Positions 1 to 13,345 of a stretch of DNA of 64,000 nt are shown piece after piece. Under the pieces are notes generated by a model. It was given only the letters and a program-made list of their open reading frames with translations, was not told the DNA's origin and did not search any database. Origin of the DNA: Ophelia neglecta (Eukaryota). Within the stretch, counting starts at the first letter, position 1. Every line of letters starts with the position of its first letter. The stretch is taken from assembly GCA_965285935.1 (NCBI GenBank), contig OZ260664.1:80414001-80478000 (forward strand). The letters are read 5' to 3'. A program made the translations under genes and the position numbers.

Positions 1-2252
1 TCTACATTATGAATCTACTAACTAATATATTTTCCATTACCAATTCATTCTTAATTCATCTGTATTATTCAAGTCTTCGACTGGATAAAATGGCAAGATC
101 ATTTGATAAAAAAATGATGATTAGTTAACATATTATTTACACTGGTTTTGATTATTTAGTTAATTGGAACCTTAGGAAAGTTGGCAGAAGCATGAAGAGT
201 ACAGATAGGTCACATTTAAAGACCTGTATAGTACTAAGTTTTATATTCATCTCTGTGTGTTTAAACACATTATTAAGTGTTCAAGCATTTTTTATGAATA
301 TTAGAGTTACTGCCCACCATTGTTTTCAAGAACACTCCCACATGCTGCTGTCATCTCGGCCATGGCCTCCTCTGTTTGAAATGGCTTTAAGTGTGGTCGA
401 TTAAAAATAACTCGTCCTTCTGTTCAAAATGTTGCATATGTTTTAGTCCACAGGAAAACTGAATATTAAAACTATATTGGAAACATTGATGTCAAAAATA
501 AACCTGTTAATTATCCTGTTAATTAAACCCTGTTAATTATGTTAATTAATGACAGAATAAAGTTTGATTATTTTTATTGAAGATTTGCGTTTCCTTTGTC
601 TCTGCTTGATTTAAGCTCAGGTGATTTGTTTGTTAAATCTCAATTTTTCAAGTTTTGCATGTGTTCAAATGATTTGAATCATTTGAATTGTTTGGTAATT
701 TGAGAGCACCATCAGTAGGCTTGCCAATTTTTTGGGAGGTCTCGCCATGAATTACACAGCAATGAGAATCCTGTTGGGCTATCATTGCTAACCTTTTAAT
801 AGTCACTCGGCTTACAGGGAGTGCCCACTGAGATTTTTACAAGGTCAATATTGAAACCAATTGTTAAAAGAACACCTCTGTCTTGTTACATTTTCATTAG
901 ATTTTGTTTCAGGCCTTAAGTAGGTGAGAAAAAATAATACCCGAAGTTAGAGACGAAGGATTTAAATTTCATTTTCGTGTTCCACACATTACGATCATAG
1001 CAACAAGTGATATCCAATCATCTGCTGCCAATAACCCCAACTCATGTGGCCCTGCCTTGACCCAGTTGGTGGGATTGTGAGGATAGTGACCCTTGGCTGC
1101 TTAGCCCTGTACTGGAGTGAGCTCCCATCAGATGTATTATATAACAACTGGCTAGGCCATGACCCTCATGTGGTCTCAATACTCATCAACCATTGGAACA
1201 ATGAATAAATCTTTGTACTTACAGACTATCAATAAATGTTGCCAGATTGATGTTGACTGAATGTCATTTGGTTATTAGTGCACAGGGCAGAACCCTTCTT
1301 TACTTGAGCATGATAATTGAGTCATCTCTATACTAGGTGTAAAGGGCAGGTTTGAAAAGCCTTGATTTTATTACTAACTGCACAAAGACACCCAGCTGCC
1401 TGTTTCATTAAACAGTGGGGTTATGTCCTTTCTTCTCCCCATATTCATGCTCACAATTAGTGCACATTTACACAACAGGGGTGGGGGTTGAACTAAGCAC
1501 CCCCAGGATAAAAGGAAAGTTAAATAAAGTAAGCAAATAAGGCAGTCAACTATATAAAAGTAATGGGTCACAAAAGAATTCTATTAAAAGTATTATTGGG
1601 AGAAATTTTAAATAGTGGATTTATTCTGAGCTGAATGAACCTAGATTTCGACAGGAGACATGATAATTTTGGTGAGACGTATGTGTCACAAGAACACCTG
1701 AAGATAAATCTGAATTAATCTTTTTTCAAATTATTTTGTTCAGAGATACATTGCAGCATCTATTAAGTACAGACAGTTAAGTAAAGATCAACCTGCCATC
1801 TATGCCACCTAGTGGCCAGAAATATCTGTGCCTTCTCTATCCTATGGGAATGTGTTGGAATCAATTTAGACTAGTAGTATGATGCTAACAATGGTACTAC
1901 TATTGTCCAGCATGCCAAACATTCCAGCTTTCAGCTACCAAAGTGTCACACAATTTAAAATACTAATATTGATATTGAAATAATATTTTAAACAGTTGTG
2001 GGTTGCAGTTAAGTGTCTTTCATGCAAAGAAATATTTTAACTTGGTGAGTAGTATCACTCAAATTACTAAATGACACTTGAAAGAACAAAAGCCCACGTC
2101 CTCAGCCGTTTTCTTTTTACCGACAGCTTAATTAAAGCCCATGTTCGGTAAATCCTTTCAGTGCTGTATGTAGAAATTAGTTTTAACCCTCAACACCAAT
2201 TTACAAGTCATATTAGAGCCGGTATTGTGCAGGGCTGCTGCAACCCTGAATA

Positions 2253-2565
2253 ACCACCAAAGTGTGTCCGAGTGATTAGGGTACCCGCCTTGCAAGTGAT
2301 AGATCAGGAATCAAATCTCGATCATGTCAGACCCAAGACCAAAAAATAGGTGCTGATTGCTCCCCTGTCTGATGTTCAGCATTTCAAGATGGTATCAGAA
2401 ATGATCAACCCAGTGGCAGTAAAGGTGATTGGGTTCTCTGACAGGAAAACAAGTGATCAAGGCAGCACTATAAAGAGGGCATTGAGCCCACTGTCACAAG
2501 TAGACACAGTAGCCTTGTGACCATATAAGGGTTGAAAGCCACATAACACCCCAAACAAAATAACC
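2253..2565 (+). mobile_element. tRNA-derived SINE with 13-bp target-site duplication
   Basis: The exact 13-mer gcaaccctgaata flanks it at 2240-2252 and 2566-2578. It has a degenerate A-box/B-box head (tgtccgagtgattagg ... gaatcaaatctc) and an A-rich tail (ccaaacaaaataa). The central gtcagacccaagac...gattgctcc segment resembles the core of mollusc SINEs (family assignment from recall). Confidence 0.8.
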
Positions 2566-4015
2566 GCAACCCTGAATATGAATCCGCAAATTTTCAAATA
2601 ATTGAAAAATAGATGTAGTTCCCAAACGTGTTAGAGCCCGTGGGTATTGTTTGATACATGGTATTTAGATATTTTATTTTCCAAAACTGGAGAATATTCC
2701 CTCTGCCGGTAACAGTATGTTAATTGCTTTTCTCACACTGTTGCCATTTCTCCATATTTTCTTGACCATGGTGTGAAACTCCAAATTAAATTTTTTTTTT
2801 CTAAATATGATAGTTTCTGAATTAAGAAAATTTTAAGTTTCATGGTTTTTTTTATTCAAATATCATATACGTCTTGCTGGCTAGTTATAAGTTTGAGTGG
2901 AACTCTGAAAAAAATAGGTTATCCCACTCTCCATGTTCGTGTTTATGTTATGGGAGTGGTATTTTTCGTAGGCGTAACAGGATTTTACAACTCCCGTGGT
3001 ATTTCAGCCCAGTATGTGCTGATTGGAAAAGATTAATATGACCACACATATTAGCCCTGTTACCTAGTTATTCCTGCACAAAGTGTAAAGTTAAGTCTAG
3101 TCTGAAGGCCACACTCAAAAAAGTCCTATATCTTTATTATCAGAGCTTTGATGATGAATGCTGACTTAATAATCCTGATGGAAAGGCAGACTTTCAAACC
3201 ATGTAACCCACCACCTTTCATACCCATTCACTTTAGTAACATAATCACATAGTAGAACTGACACCATAAATTTAAACAGATAATATAAATAAGAATGGAA
3301 ATAAAAATTAATTCATATAGAGGTCAATATACTAATATATGCCTTCCATGCAAGGATAGAAAGCATTTTATGTGCTAGCGTTTAGAATATGCCTAACTTT
3401 ATTGTTGGTCTATCTTCATGCTCAAATGAACTGCATCTAGTATGTGAATAACAAATAGTCAACTCTTGTCTATCTCATGCATTATGCATAGTCATACACA
3501 CCAGGCACATATGAGAACTTGGGAAACATTTAATAAGATTGTGTCCTTTGAGTAAGTGCTTTGAGTTATTATGCCAGCTATTGCACCTGTCTTTTTCTTG
3601 AATACTTTGATATTCATCTTGTATGGTCCTCCTTTATGTTTGGCACATGACCTGAAGCTTGGTAGTCCGGGTCATTGGCCGGTAACGCCCTAAAAATTGA
3701 CTTGATTAAGGTTTTTACCTGTCGTCTGCTTACCACTGTGTCTTATTGAAATACCTTGTAACACCCTGAAGCTAAATAAATCATGAGTTGATCTATTTAT
3801 CCGGGTGACCCTGGTCACCACATTCAGACCATAGCACTTTGTACATGACATGTACATGTATAGATAATGAAGACCATTGTTATACTTGTCATTATCTGTG
3901 TCATTGGAGGTGAATACTTGGTTCATGAAACTATCACAAGGAGATGTAAACAAAAAATTGCATAAATTGCATGTATATTTATGATTTAAACAAGGTACCG
4001 GTTAATATTTATATA

Positions 4016-4192
4016 CAGTAAAACCTGGCCTAAAGGACACCTGACAATCGGGGACACACTGACTATTAAGGACATTGCTTTTAGTACAGTTGTAATACTT
4101 TACATGTAAAGTAACCTGTGAAATAAGGACAACTAAGAAAAGAGGACAGATTTCCCAGTCCCTTGGCTGTCCCTAATTGTCAGGTTTCACTG
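4016..4192. mobile_element. Tc1/mariner (pogo/Tigger-type) MITE
   Basis: TA|cagtaaaacctg ... caggtttcactg|TA: terminal inverted repeats starting CAGT with a TA duplication. It is 177 bp and non-coding, with related copies at 20451-20635 and 41508-41679. Confidence 0.85.
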
Positions 4193-7100
4193 TATTTATT
4201 TTTAAGTTTAGTCCATGAGCTTAAGATAACACAATATGCATCAATGCTTTGCATCAGTGAAAATTTGTCTGTAGATTCTCTTGGGCCCATGTTTGAGTTA
4301 AATTATAAGGGTACAATCCAATAACGCAGATATTATTATTTAAGGTAGAACACTGCGCACAAATCTGAATATCTAGAATCTTTTCCAACTTTGCTATGTT
4401 ATTCAAATCATGTAGATAGGAGGACAATTTAGTAAAACTAGAATCAAAGAATCACAAGCCTTTTGTTGTCCTATTTTTATGATAGAAGTAGTATGAAAAT
4501 AAAAAATACTGCTAAGTAAAATATGCATGCAAGAAATGGGGAAAATATTTTTTAATTATACATTTCACCCTACTGTATTGCAGTTTTAAACCAGACAACT
4601 ATAATAAGTATAATTATGTACACTGCATGTTGTTCTTTTAGAGTTTAATAATTTCAATGAAAGTTTAAAAAATAAAGTTATTGACTAATGGCCATTTTTC
4701 TGCCAAACATATTTTTAGAAGTGGTCTATTAATATGCCCCCTTCAGAGAAAACACCTTTTAGTTCAACTGTTTTTGTATTGGAGGTGATCTAGCTGGCAT
4801 GGTATCATTTGATTGTTTTTCAAATAATTTGTATATAAGATCTACTGTCCCAGCCACCTACTTGTAAATAAGTCATGAAAATATAGAAATCATCAAATTT
4901 GGTTAACCAAACCATCAACATTCATATTAACATTAGTTAGATAGGTACAATATGAAAATATCTTTTTTTTTTGTCCTAAAGCTTGGAAACAAAATTGCTT
5001 CTGTTACACTTTTCTTTTTTTTTAGGAATTGTACACTTTACTGAATACTGTTAATGATCTAATAGAAAACACATATCTTATAAAAGACATACCCTTAGTT
5101 TTAGAAAAAGGTTATTCAAGAGCTTATTTTTGGATTTTAAGGATACTTAAGTTTAATAATGGAACGTGTTTATTCCAATGAAATTAAGACGTATCCCCTT
5201 GAAGTTTAGCATAAAAGTTCATTATTTTTTAGATATTAAAATGAAAAAGTGAGTCTTCTGTTAGATCAAATACGGTAGTCACTAGGGTCTAAGATCTTTG
5301 TTCGTGATTGGTCACAGCTCTTGTATTGATTCTCCACCAGTATTTCATCATTCCTTAATATAGAAATGCACTTTGTTGCCCTCCATTTGTCACTGTGGCC
5401 AGTGGATAGCCACAGGACCCGATAGATAATGCCAATTGTTGATCATAAATCTTTCCTGCTGTCACACGGGTCTATATATTAATCAGCAGATGACCAGTGA
5501 TTTGGGCCTGATTGGTCTACTCTCACAGTGTTGCATTGTCCTGACAGTTATGATGGATAGGTCTAACTGCCTAATTTTATTGGGTTCTGCTCACCATGCA
5601 TCATCGAAAAGGGATAATGCCTCCTTATGAATATTTGATTTTTGACCACTCATGAGGAATTTGCTGCTTTCCCCAAACAATGCATTAATTACTCATATAT
5701 TGACAGGAGGCCAGAGTATTGCATGACATGTACATTTACATGTGCATTCACAGCAATCATGTATATGATGATATCCAGGCAGCAAAATGAATAAAATTAA
5801 CCTGCAACCTTGTGTTTGGTTAAAGATTAAGAACTGCCAGTTGGAAACCTTTGGCTGCATGGGTTATCTTTAAAATGGATGACAAAAATAAAAACCTCCC
5901 CCTCCCCCTGCCTTCCCCCATCTGACTTTTTCTTGAGTCTATGTAATTTTGTTTTATGCTAGAGGGGGAGAGAGGTCTTGGTATTTTAACCCCTCGATCA
6001 CAAATCTGCCTCCCCTCGATCACAGTCATTAACATTATTTCTCAGAAAACCCCAATCTTCAATACCATATATAGTAAACACATGCTAAGTAGTTCAAAAA
6101 TAAATATTAAAATATATAGGATTTTAACTATGTGGTTATTTTGTGATATCAAGTTCCTTCAGGATATTGCAATCAAGTTGCTCTAAGAGATTGACTGCCG
6201 AACTAGATAGGATAGCTGTGGTAAGTCAGCTTCCCATTATCAGTTTACAGGTGATGGAAGACACGTGGCTTCACTAGGATTTTTCTCTACAAAGTTTACA
6301 GTTTATACAACAATAATATGTGTTAATATCTGGCCTGGGTTGGAAAGTAGGAATCATAAAAAAATGTTTTAACAGCTAATGATTCCAAACGCTGTGATGG
6401 GGGTAACCGTGATATTGGGTCACGCTATAATATTTTTTAGAGTGTTTCAGTTATTTCATTATTGCTTAAAGGTATGCCAATGTCAGGTATATACCTTTCT
6501 TAAGCACTTTTTAGGGTTCGAGCTGCCAGTGATCTGGGCTACTGCATCTCAGATCAAACAGATTGTTTTTCTCTGGAAAACAAAGGAAATCACAAAAAAG
6601 GGCAATGAAAACAAAAACAAGTGACATTACCCAATATTTGTTCAGGCCTGAATTCGGCTCTGTAGCTGTACTGTGCTCCATTGGATGTCTAACACATTCA
6701 CAAGCTACGGTCATCTAAAGCGCTATATGTAATATGGTTTTAGTCTCAGTCATTGGCAAACCAAGTTCACAAGCCTAAAAGTCATTGCTAATGGAGAATG
6801 CATCAATAGCTTGGGATAAAGGACATTGCATCTCACCTTACATGTGTCCTTGAAAAAGGGGATGCAACGTACATGAACATGTACCCATTGTTTATGACTG
6901 AGTCTATTCACTCTGAATTGTAATAAATCATTTCTGGTTTAACATGACAATCCATGGGCATCTTGTTTTCTGCAGCCCTAGTGTTTAACCTGCATATGTT
7001 TTTCTTCTACTTATACCATTCTGCTTAAGGCACTCCGTAGTCCTCAAATAAAGTTAGTTGGCAAGTCAAGAGTCTCATAAACTAAAGCTTGCCACTGAAA

Positions 7101-9194
7101 CTGCCAAAGTTGCTCGAAGACAAGACAGGATGCCTATAGGAACAAGATAAATCTAATTCAAGTGTGGCAACATAATCCCCGTTTCCCGTGTACATTTACA
7201 GTTTGTTTGTTAGTGTTACTGAGAAGTAGAGTGTGACAGGAATGGCCTCTCTACAATGGATGTGGCTTTTGCATTTTATTGTATAGAACATGATGAAACT
7301 GGCTGCAGGAAAGGTATCTTAATGAAATGTGAAAAGAGAAAAGATTTCTTCTACTTGTACCATTACATGTACTGAACATGTACTGTACAGTTCATGGAGC
7401 TTTATATGCACATTCTTTGTTAACACAAAACAAATATACCCACCTTGATTTGTTTGAGTATTATTTTCTTATGGACATAATGTCAACCTTATATCTATCT
7501 ACCCTAATGTCACCCTTGTATCTATCTACCTGTGTGGACACCCGAGCACCCTAGCTCAACTAAGGCTTCTACCCTTTCTCTATGAGTTCATCTATTAGCA
7601 AATTTACTCAGATATACTTCATAGAGGGTAAATGATGAATTGCCAGATTGATCTCTTATTTGAATTCATATGCAAATCTACTGATAATCTAGATACCTAC
7701 AGCTCTGCAAGATTTTGAGAAGAGAGAATTTTGAATGCCTTGAAATTCAGTTGACATTACATTGCATGATAAGCACATCACATTAATTTGTCCAGTGACA
7801 ATTTCCTAACAGATACACTAAAAGAGTGTGGGGATTTAAGAAATGTTCAGAGGGGCTGATTAGAAAACAGAAATGTAAGTGGCAGACGACTTTTTGCTAC
7901 AAGTGAGTACATGCTCTGAGAGCCAACACTGACTGTCAGATGCACCACAGTTTTTCAATGCGTTCCCATATGATTATTATGTACATATGGTCGGTTACAG
8001 ATGATTAGCTATCGAGCCGAAGGTGTAATGTATGAAATAATGGCATAGAAATTGTAATGGCCAGACGGCCTGTGCTATCCGTCTCCTACTCTTTCCCGTT
8101 GTCCACACAAGGCTCAGTGATCATGAAACACATAGGCGACAATATACGAGAATGTGCCATATATCAATCATATACAGTACCTGGCATACAAGCACTCTGT
8201 AGGCCTACTTTTTGATCAGCAAGGGACAAGTTCACCAGCACCAGTTGGTTAACCTGAAAGTTTTATTAAATTCTCCAATAAATGTAGCATAACAAACTAT
8301 TAGAGCTATTTTCTCATATTGTTGCAATTTAAAAAAATAATTAGCAAAATTATAAGCACCAGTGCCGCAATATTGAGCCAATGGCTTGCATTAAGATCTG
8401 TGGGCTGTCAGAATTGCTGGAATTTTAGTATTATTTGGTTAATTTGATTATGGAGATGGAGACTAGTTTGGGTGATTAGAAGTTATCAATCTACTGGGAG
8501 ATGTACTTTGGACCAAACAAATGCATGTTAGACGAATGCCGATACCGGAGTTTGCACAAAAGCAGACATGCACTTCACAACTACTAGTATTATACCAATA
8601 CATTTCCTGGCTCTCCGCTGAGCAGCCAAGATGCATCAAAGAAAGAAATGACATATTTATATGATTTTGTGGGGAGACATCTTTAGTGAAGGATTTCACA
8701 GATGCCATGCATCTATTTGTCTGGTTTTATTTTAATTTTGGAACCCTGAGACCCCTGTCTGTGTTCTTTTTATTCTCTCCTATTTGTTTCATGTGTGCTA
8801 GATGAGGCAGACGTGTAGAGATGCCTTTCAATCTGCCAATGACCTGGACTGCTCAAGCATTATATAACACTATGCTCTTCTTTGTTACCAAATTAGTTAA
8901 TTGCTCTGAACTTCAAGGCTTTTACTGACATGCCTGATGTCTACATTAGCATGTGGCTGCTAACACTGTCAGAGCAGGTGTTCTCTCCCATTATCAGTAA
9001 AACAACGACATTCAGCATTTCTCTAGTTAATTATCAACCTGGGTGGTAGATCCTGTCCACGCAGTCACTATGAAGTCCCGCTATCTGTTACTTTGCCTAT
9101 ATTGCCTTCAGGGGTAGGTAGGTGGAACCTCGGAAAGCATTGGTGAAGGGTCTGCCTGGCTGATATTTCGTTTCTGTTTCTTCTATAGAAATCT

Positions 9195-9420
9195 CAGTTT
9201 GTTCCCCCCTCCCCAGGCATGGGTCAGAAGGGGGATATAGGAACAGTCCTGTCTGTGCATCAGTCCATGAGTCCGTGCCTGCATTCATACCCCTTATTGT
9301 TAAATTTTGGTTTGAGGAATACATGCATTGATTGATGAATATTGGAACCATACCTAGTTAGATGAAAAATTATCCTTCTATACATTGATAGTCAACCAAA
9401 GTAATGAAAAAATTAATTGA
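9195..9420 (+). mobile_element. Probable Helentron-associated (HINE/DINE-like) non-autonomous element, 5' part
   Basis: Starts with tttgttccccct...agggggatatagg (short inverted repeat), followed by a degenerate gtcc/gtct microsatellite, the usual HINE 5' architecture. Boundaries are approximate. Confidence 0.4.
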
Positions 9421-12400
9421 TAAAGTGTTTTAACATAGCCATATTTTTTCCTAAAATATATCTGTTGGAGGTATGGAGGAACTGGTTAAAGTTCTTGCAT
9501 GAAAAATTACAGGCATTTCAAAAATAATATTACTAAACCTTTTTAGATGAAAATTAAGCATGATGAACTTTTATATAAAAAACCAAATTTGTGCCAAAAT
9601 ATCAAAATTTTACAAGTAAATTAGCATTTGTACCTGTTCCTTTTTTCAGTTGAAATATATCATTTGCCCAACTTGAGTATATAGGAAATTAAGTTAATGT
9701 TTTTGTATGAAAACATACAAGCATATCTGTGAAGACTATTATTAGTATCAAAGGTTTAAAAATATTTAATATTTTGATTTTTTTTTTTTTGGCAATCATG
9801 TGTCTTTTTTACACCTGGCTTCATGTTGTGTAAAAGGTTATTTCAGGTACTTCTATTTCTTCTTGTAATAATTCTTCCTCTTCAGTTTTACTTATTTCTA
9901 TCTGGTCAAATTATTACAGGTGCGTGTATTACCTTAAGAAGATATTAACATTTGGAATGATTGGAGATATGAACTCTCTATTTAAAAAACTTTTATGGTA
10001 CAATACCTTAATGGTGGGGAACTCTTCTTTCTCCTCAGCCATACACTGACAGTCCCTTATGATTCATGGACTTTCCCTATGGACTTGGTTTAGTTTATTT
10101 TAGGTATCGGTTCCTGTCTTACAGTCGCTGGATATAGAAATATATGTCACTGAACCTCAACATGTCTTAAAATGGTGAGCCTCGGGGGATCCAGCCATCT
10201 CTCATTGTACTTGTTCACCTATTATTTCTACAATTTAAGTAATATAGTAATGTGTCACAATACAATACAAGCCCTCACTATGCACAACAGATGACAAATT
10301 AGACTGATTGCATCAATTTCAAATCCATCCCTTTGAGCTATTTATGACCATGCGACCATGAACATGAATGATGATAATAACACCAATTGCAGCTGGTGTT
10401 TTATTTAGGATAATAAGCTTAAGAAATCATAGGAAGGTGATAACAACACATTTCTGTGTGAGAGTAAGCTTTTTTTTCAGTGAGGCATTCTGGGTAGCTC
10501 CATAATCAGTGTAAAACAGTACTTAGTGACCTTTGGTGATTGACAGCCCTCAAGTAAGAGCTCTACACCAACCTATCACAATGTGTTACAGCATTCATTG
10601 TTGGTTAGAAGTTCCCAGTGGCACTGACCTAATTAAATTTCCCGTTTTCCCAGCTAGAATTCTGCAAATATACAAGAAAGCACCACATAACTTGTAGAAT
10701 AATATTTATTACACAACATCATGAGCTGCAACCTGTATGATGTGTTGTTTGCTTGTGTATTGGTGTACTCAAAACTAACCCTGGACTGATTTGTTTATCA
10801 TGACAGCCAATGAGCAGCCAGCTAGGCATCTTCAAAGGGAATTGAAATGAAAGAAGCAAAGTGTGAGATACCACCAGGCCCAATTTATTTATTGCAACCG
10901 TCCAAAACTCATCTTTAGGGTCCTAGAAGATACACATGGATGCATTATGCTGACTAATTTGCCAAATATTAGGATAAAATAGGGTCACTCTTTGTTATTT
11001 GTAGGTGAGGACAAAGAAAGATTGTGGTCCCTTTTAGCTTGCACCATTCACACATTTTTCACCGAGGTTAAAGACTGGTAAAAGGAAAAAGAAACTGATT
11101 GGGTTTCATAGACTAAAATAATGTTTTGCAAAATTAGTTTTTATAAAGGCCCCCAAAAACTTAATTAACCAAATACATGTAAAAAGTCCCACACTTTTAA
11201 GACCATTTGGGAATAAAGTCCAGAAATAATCTCAGTCCAGCAATATCTCTGTAGTGAAATAGTGAAACACGCATGAGCGCTCAATTATCACTAGTTTTGC
11301 CAGGATGAGTGATTGTGAAAATTGGATTTTTAAATAACATAAACTTCCTTTACCATGTGTTAATTACATTACCCAATGGGACCCTGTTTGTTGCAGTCAA
11401 GTTTGACCAACTTCAAAATTGAGCAGAAACAATGTAAATATGATATCAAAGCTTTCTGATTAAAATCCATGCATGGGTAACCAGTACATAATTAATTGCA
11501 GACTCTCTCCCTATGGAGCAAAAACAAGGTTAATTGATAGAGATTTGTGAATACAGTTTAATCTACATCCCACTCTGTCTGTGGGCTAATATTACATACC
11601 AAATAAAGCGCGTTGATGGCATATGAACCCATTTCTGTTAAAGGCCACTAATGTTACAACAACAATCTATTATAATCACATAGACTCCTTTGTATTTGAT
11701 CTTGTAGGACAAGCTAGGGCCAAATGTTATTTTGTGACAGCATTTCAACTGGGCATGCCATGGATGAGCACAGCCCTTACTGAGGATAAATGAGAAATAC
11801 TCTTAAGATGTCTGAGACACTGGCATTTTTGTTAGTAAATGGATATCTGAGATCAGAATTCAAGAGGAAATGTGATGACAGTTGATGGGCGTGTGAGACT
11901 ATTCAAGTTTTGTTTTTGTTGCTGGCATAATGGCTATTCAAAGATTAAACTTTCTCCTCTGTGCGTCTAGACTCTGTGACTTTATATAAATTTATCTTCC
12001 TAACTTATAAACAAGGATTTTTTCCTATTTTCCTAACAATAAGTGAAAAAGTTACATTAATGGTTCAGTCATCTAGGACATAAACAGATAACCGAAATCC
12101 ATTTTGAAAAAGAGAAAACAGTGCTCATAGCCTGGCTCATATCTTAGGTGTTTGTGACATAATTAATTAGGAGAGCATGCACGTAAAGCCTTAAAAGGTT
12201 CTTGGAATTAAAAAAAAAATACTGATTTAAACAAGTTATCTACAGTGTGTTATCATATGACAACATATAGTTTTCGTTTCCTTGCTATTTTCTTTTTTCT
12301 CTAAGATGTCTTTGGTTGCAATGCATAGGCAATTGAATTGTGTGTCAACAAAAGGCTTTACCTAATGAGAGTATATTTGACCTTTTGTACATCACAATAA

Positions 12401-12677
12401 TTCTAGCCTTGTCAAATATCTGGTGGATAAGGTGTGGCTGTTATTATGGAAGTATGATGAAGCAATGGTTTTCATTTTAATTAAAAAAAAGGGCAACCTC
12501 TGTGCCTTGCTGAAGAAGATATTAATCTCCTTTTATTATTAGGTGTAAGATTAATAATAATTAGCTGGCATCATTATACCTTTTTTAAAAGTATAACGCT
12601 GCACCTCGTCATCAAAAATCCAAACATGTTGCAGCGTTGTTCACATCATTTTTAACCAGTGGTATGCACATAGAGCA

Positions 12678-13345
12678 CTGACTCAGGCTAGTGACTAGAG
12701 CTTAGCTCTGACCCAGGCTAATGACTAGAGCTTAGCTCTGACTCAGGCTAGTGACTAGAGCTTAGCTCTGACTCAGGCTAGTTATTAGTGCTTAGCTCTG
12801 ACCCAGGCTAATGACTAGAGCTTAGCTCTGACTTGGGCTAATGACTAGAGCTTAGGTCTGACTCAGGCTATTGACTAGAGCTTAGTTCTGACTCAGGCTA
12901 ATGACTAGAGCTTAGCTCTGACTCAGGCTATTGACTAGAGCTTAGCTCTGACCCAGGCTAGTGACTAGAGCTTAGCTCTGACTCAGGCTAGTGACTAGAG
13001 CTTAGCTCTGACTCAGGCTAGTGACTAGAGCTTAGCTCTGTCTCAGGCTAGTGATTATAGCTTAGCTCTGACCCAGGCTAGTGACTAGAGCTTAGCTCTG
13101 ACCCAGGCTAGTGACTAGAGCTTAGCTCTGACTCAGGCTAGTGACTAGAGCTTAGCTCTGACTCAGGCTAGTGACTAGAGCTTAGCTCTGACTCAGGCTA
13201 GTGACTAGAGCTTAGCTCTGATTCAGGCTAATGACTAGAGCTTAGCTATGACTCAGGCTAGTGACTAGAGCTTAGCTCTGACCCAGGCAAGTGACTAGAG
13301 CTTAGCTCTGACTCAGACTAGTGACTTGTGACTTGAGCTTAGCTC
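12678..13345. repeat. 30-bp minisatellite, ~22 copies (actcaggctagtgactagagcttagctctg)
   Basis: Directly visible tandem array with few substitutions. Confidence 0.97.

Noticed and set aside
10103-10173. Possible plus-strand host-gene exon (ttttag|GTATCG...AAATG|gtgagc, open frame VSVPVLQSLDIEIYVTEPQHVLK)
   Set aside because: No recognisable protein similarity and no partner exons; such sites arise by chance.
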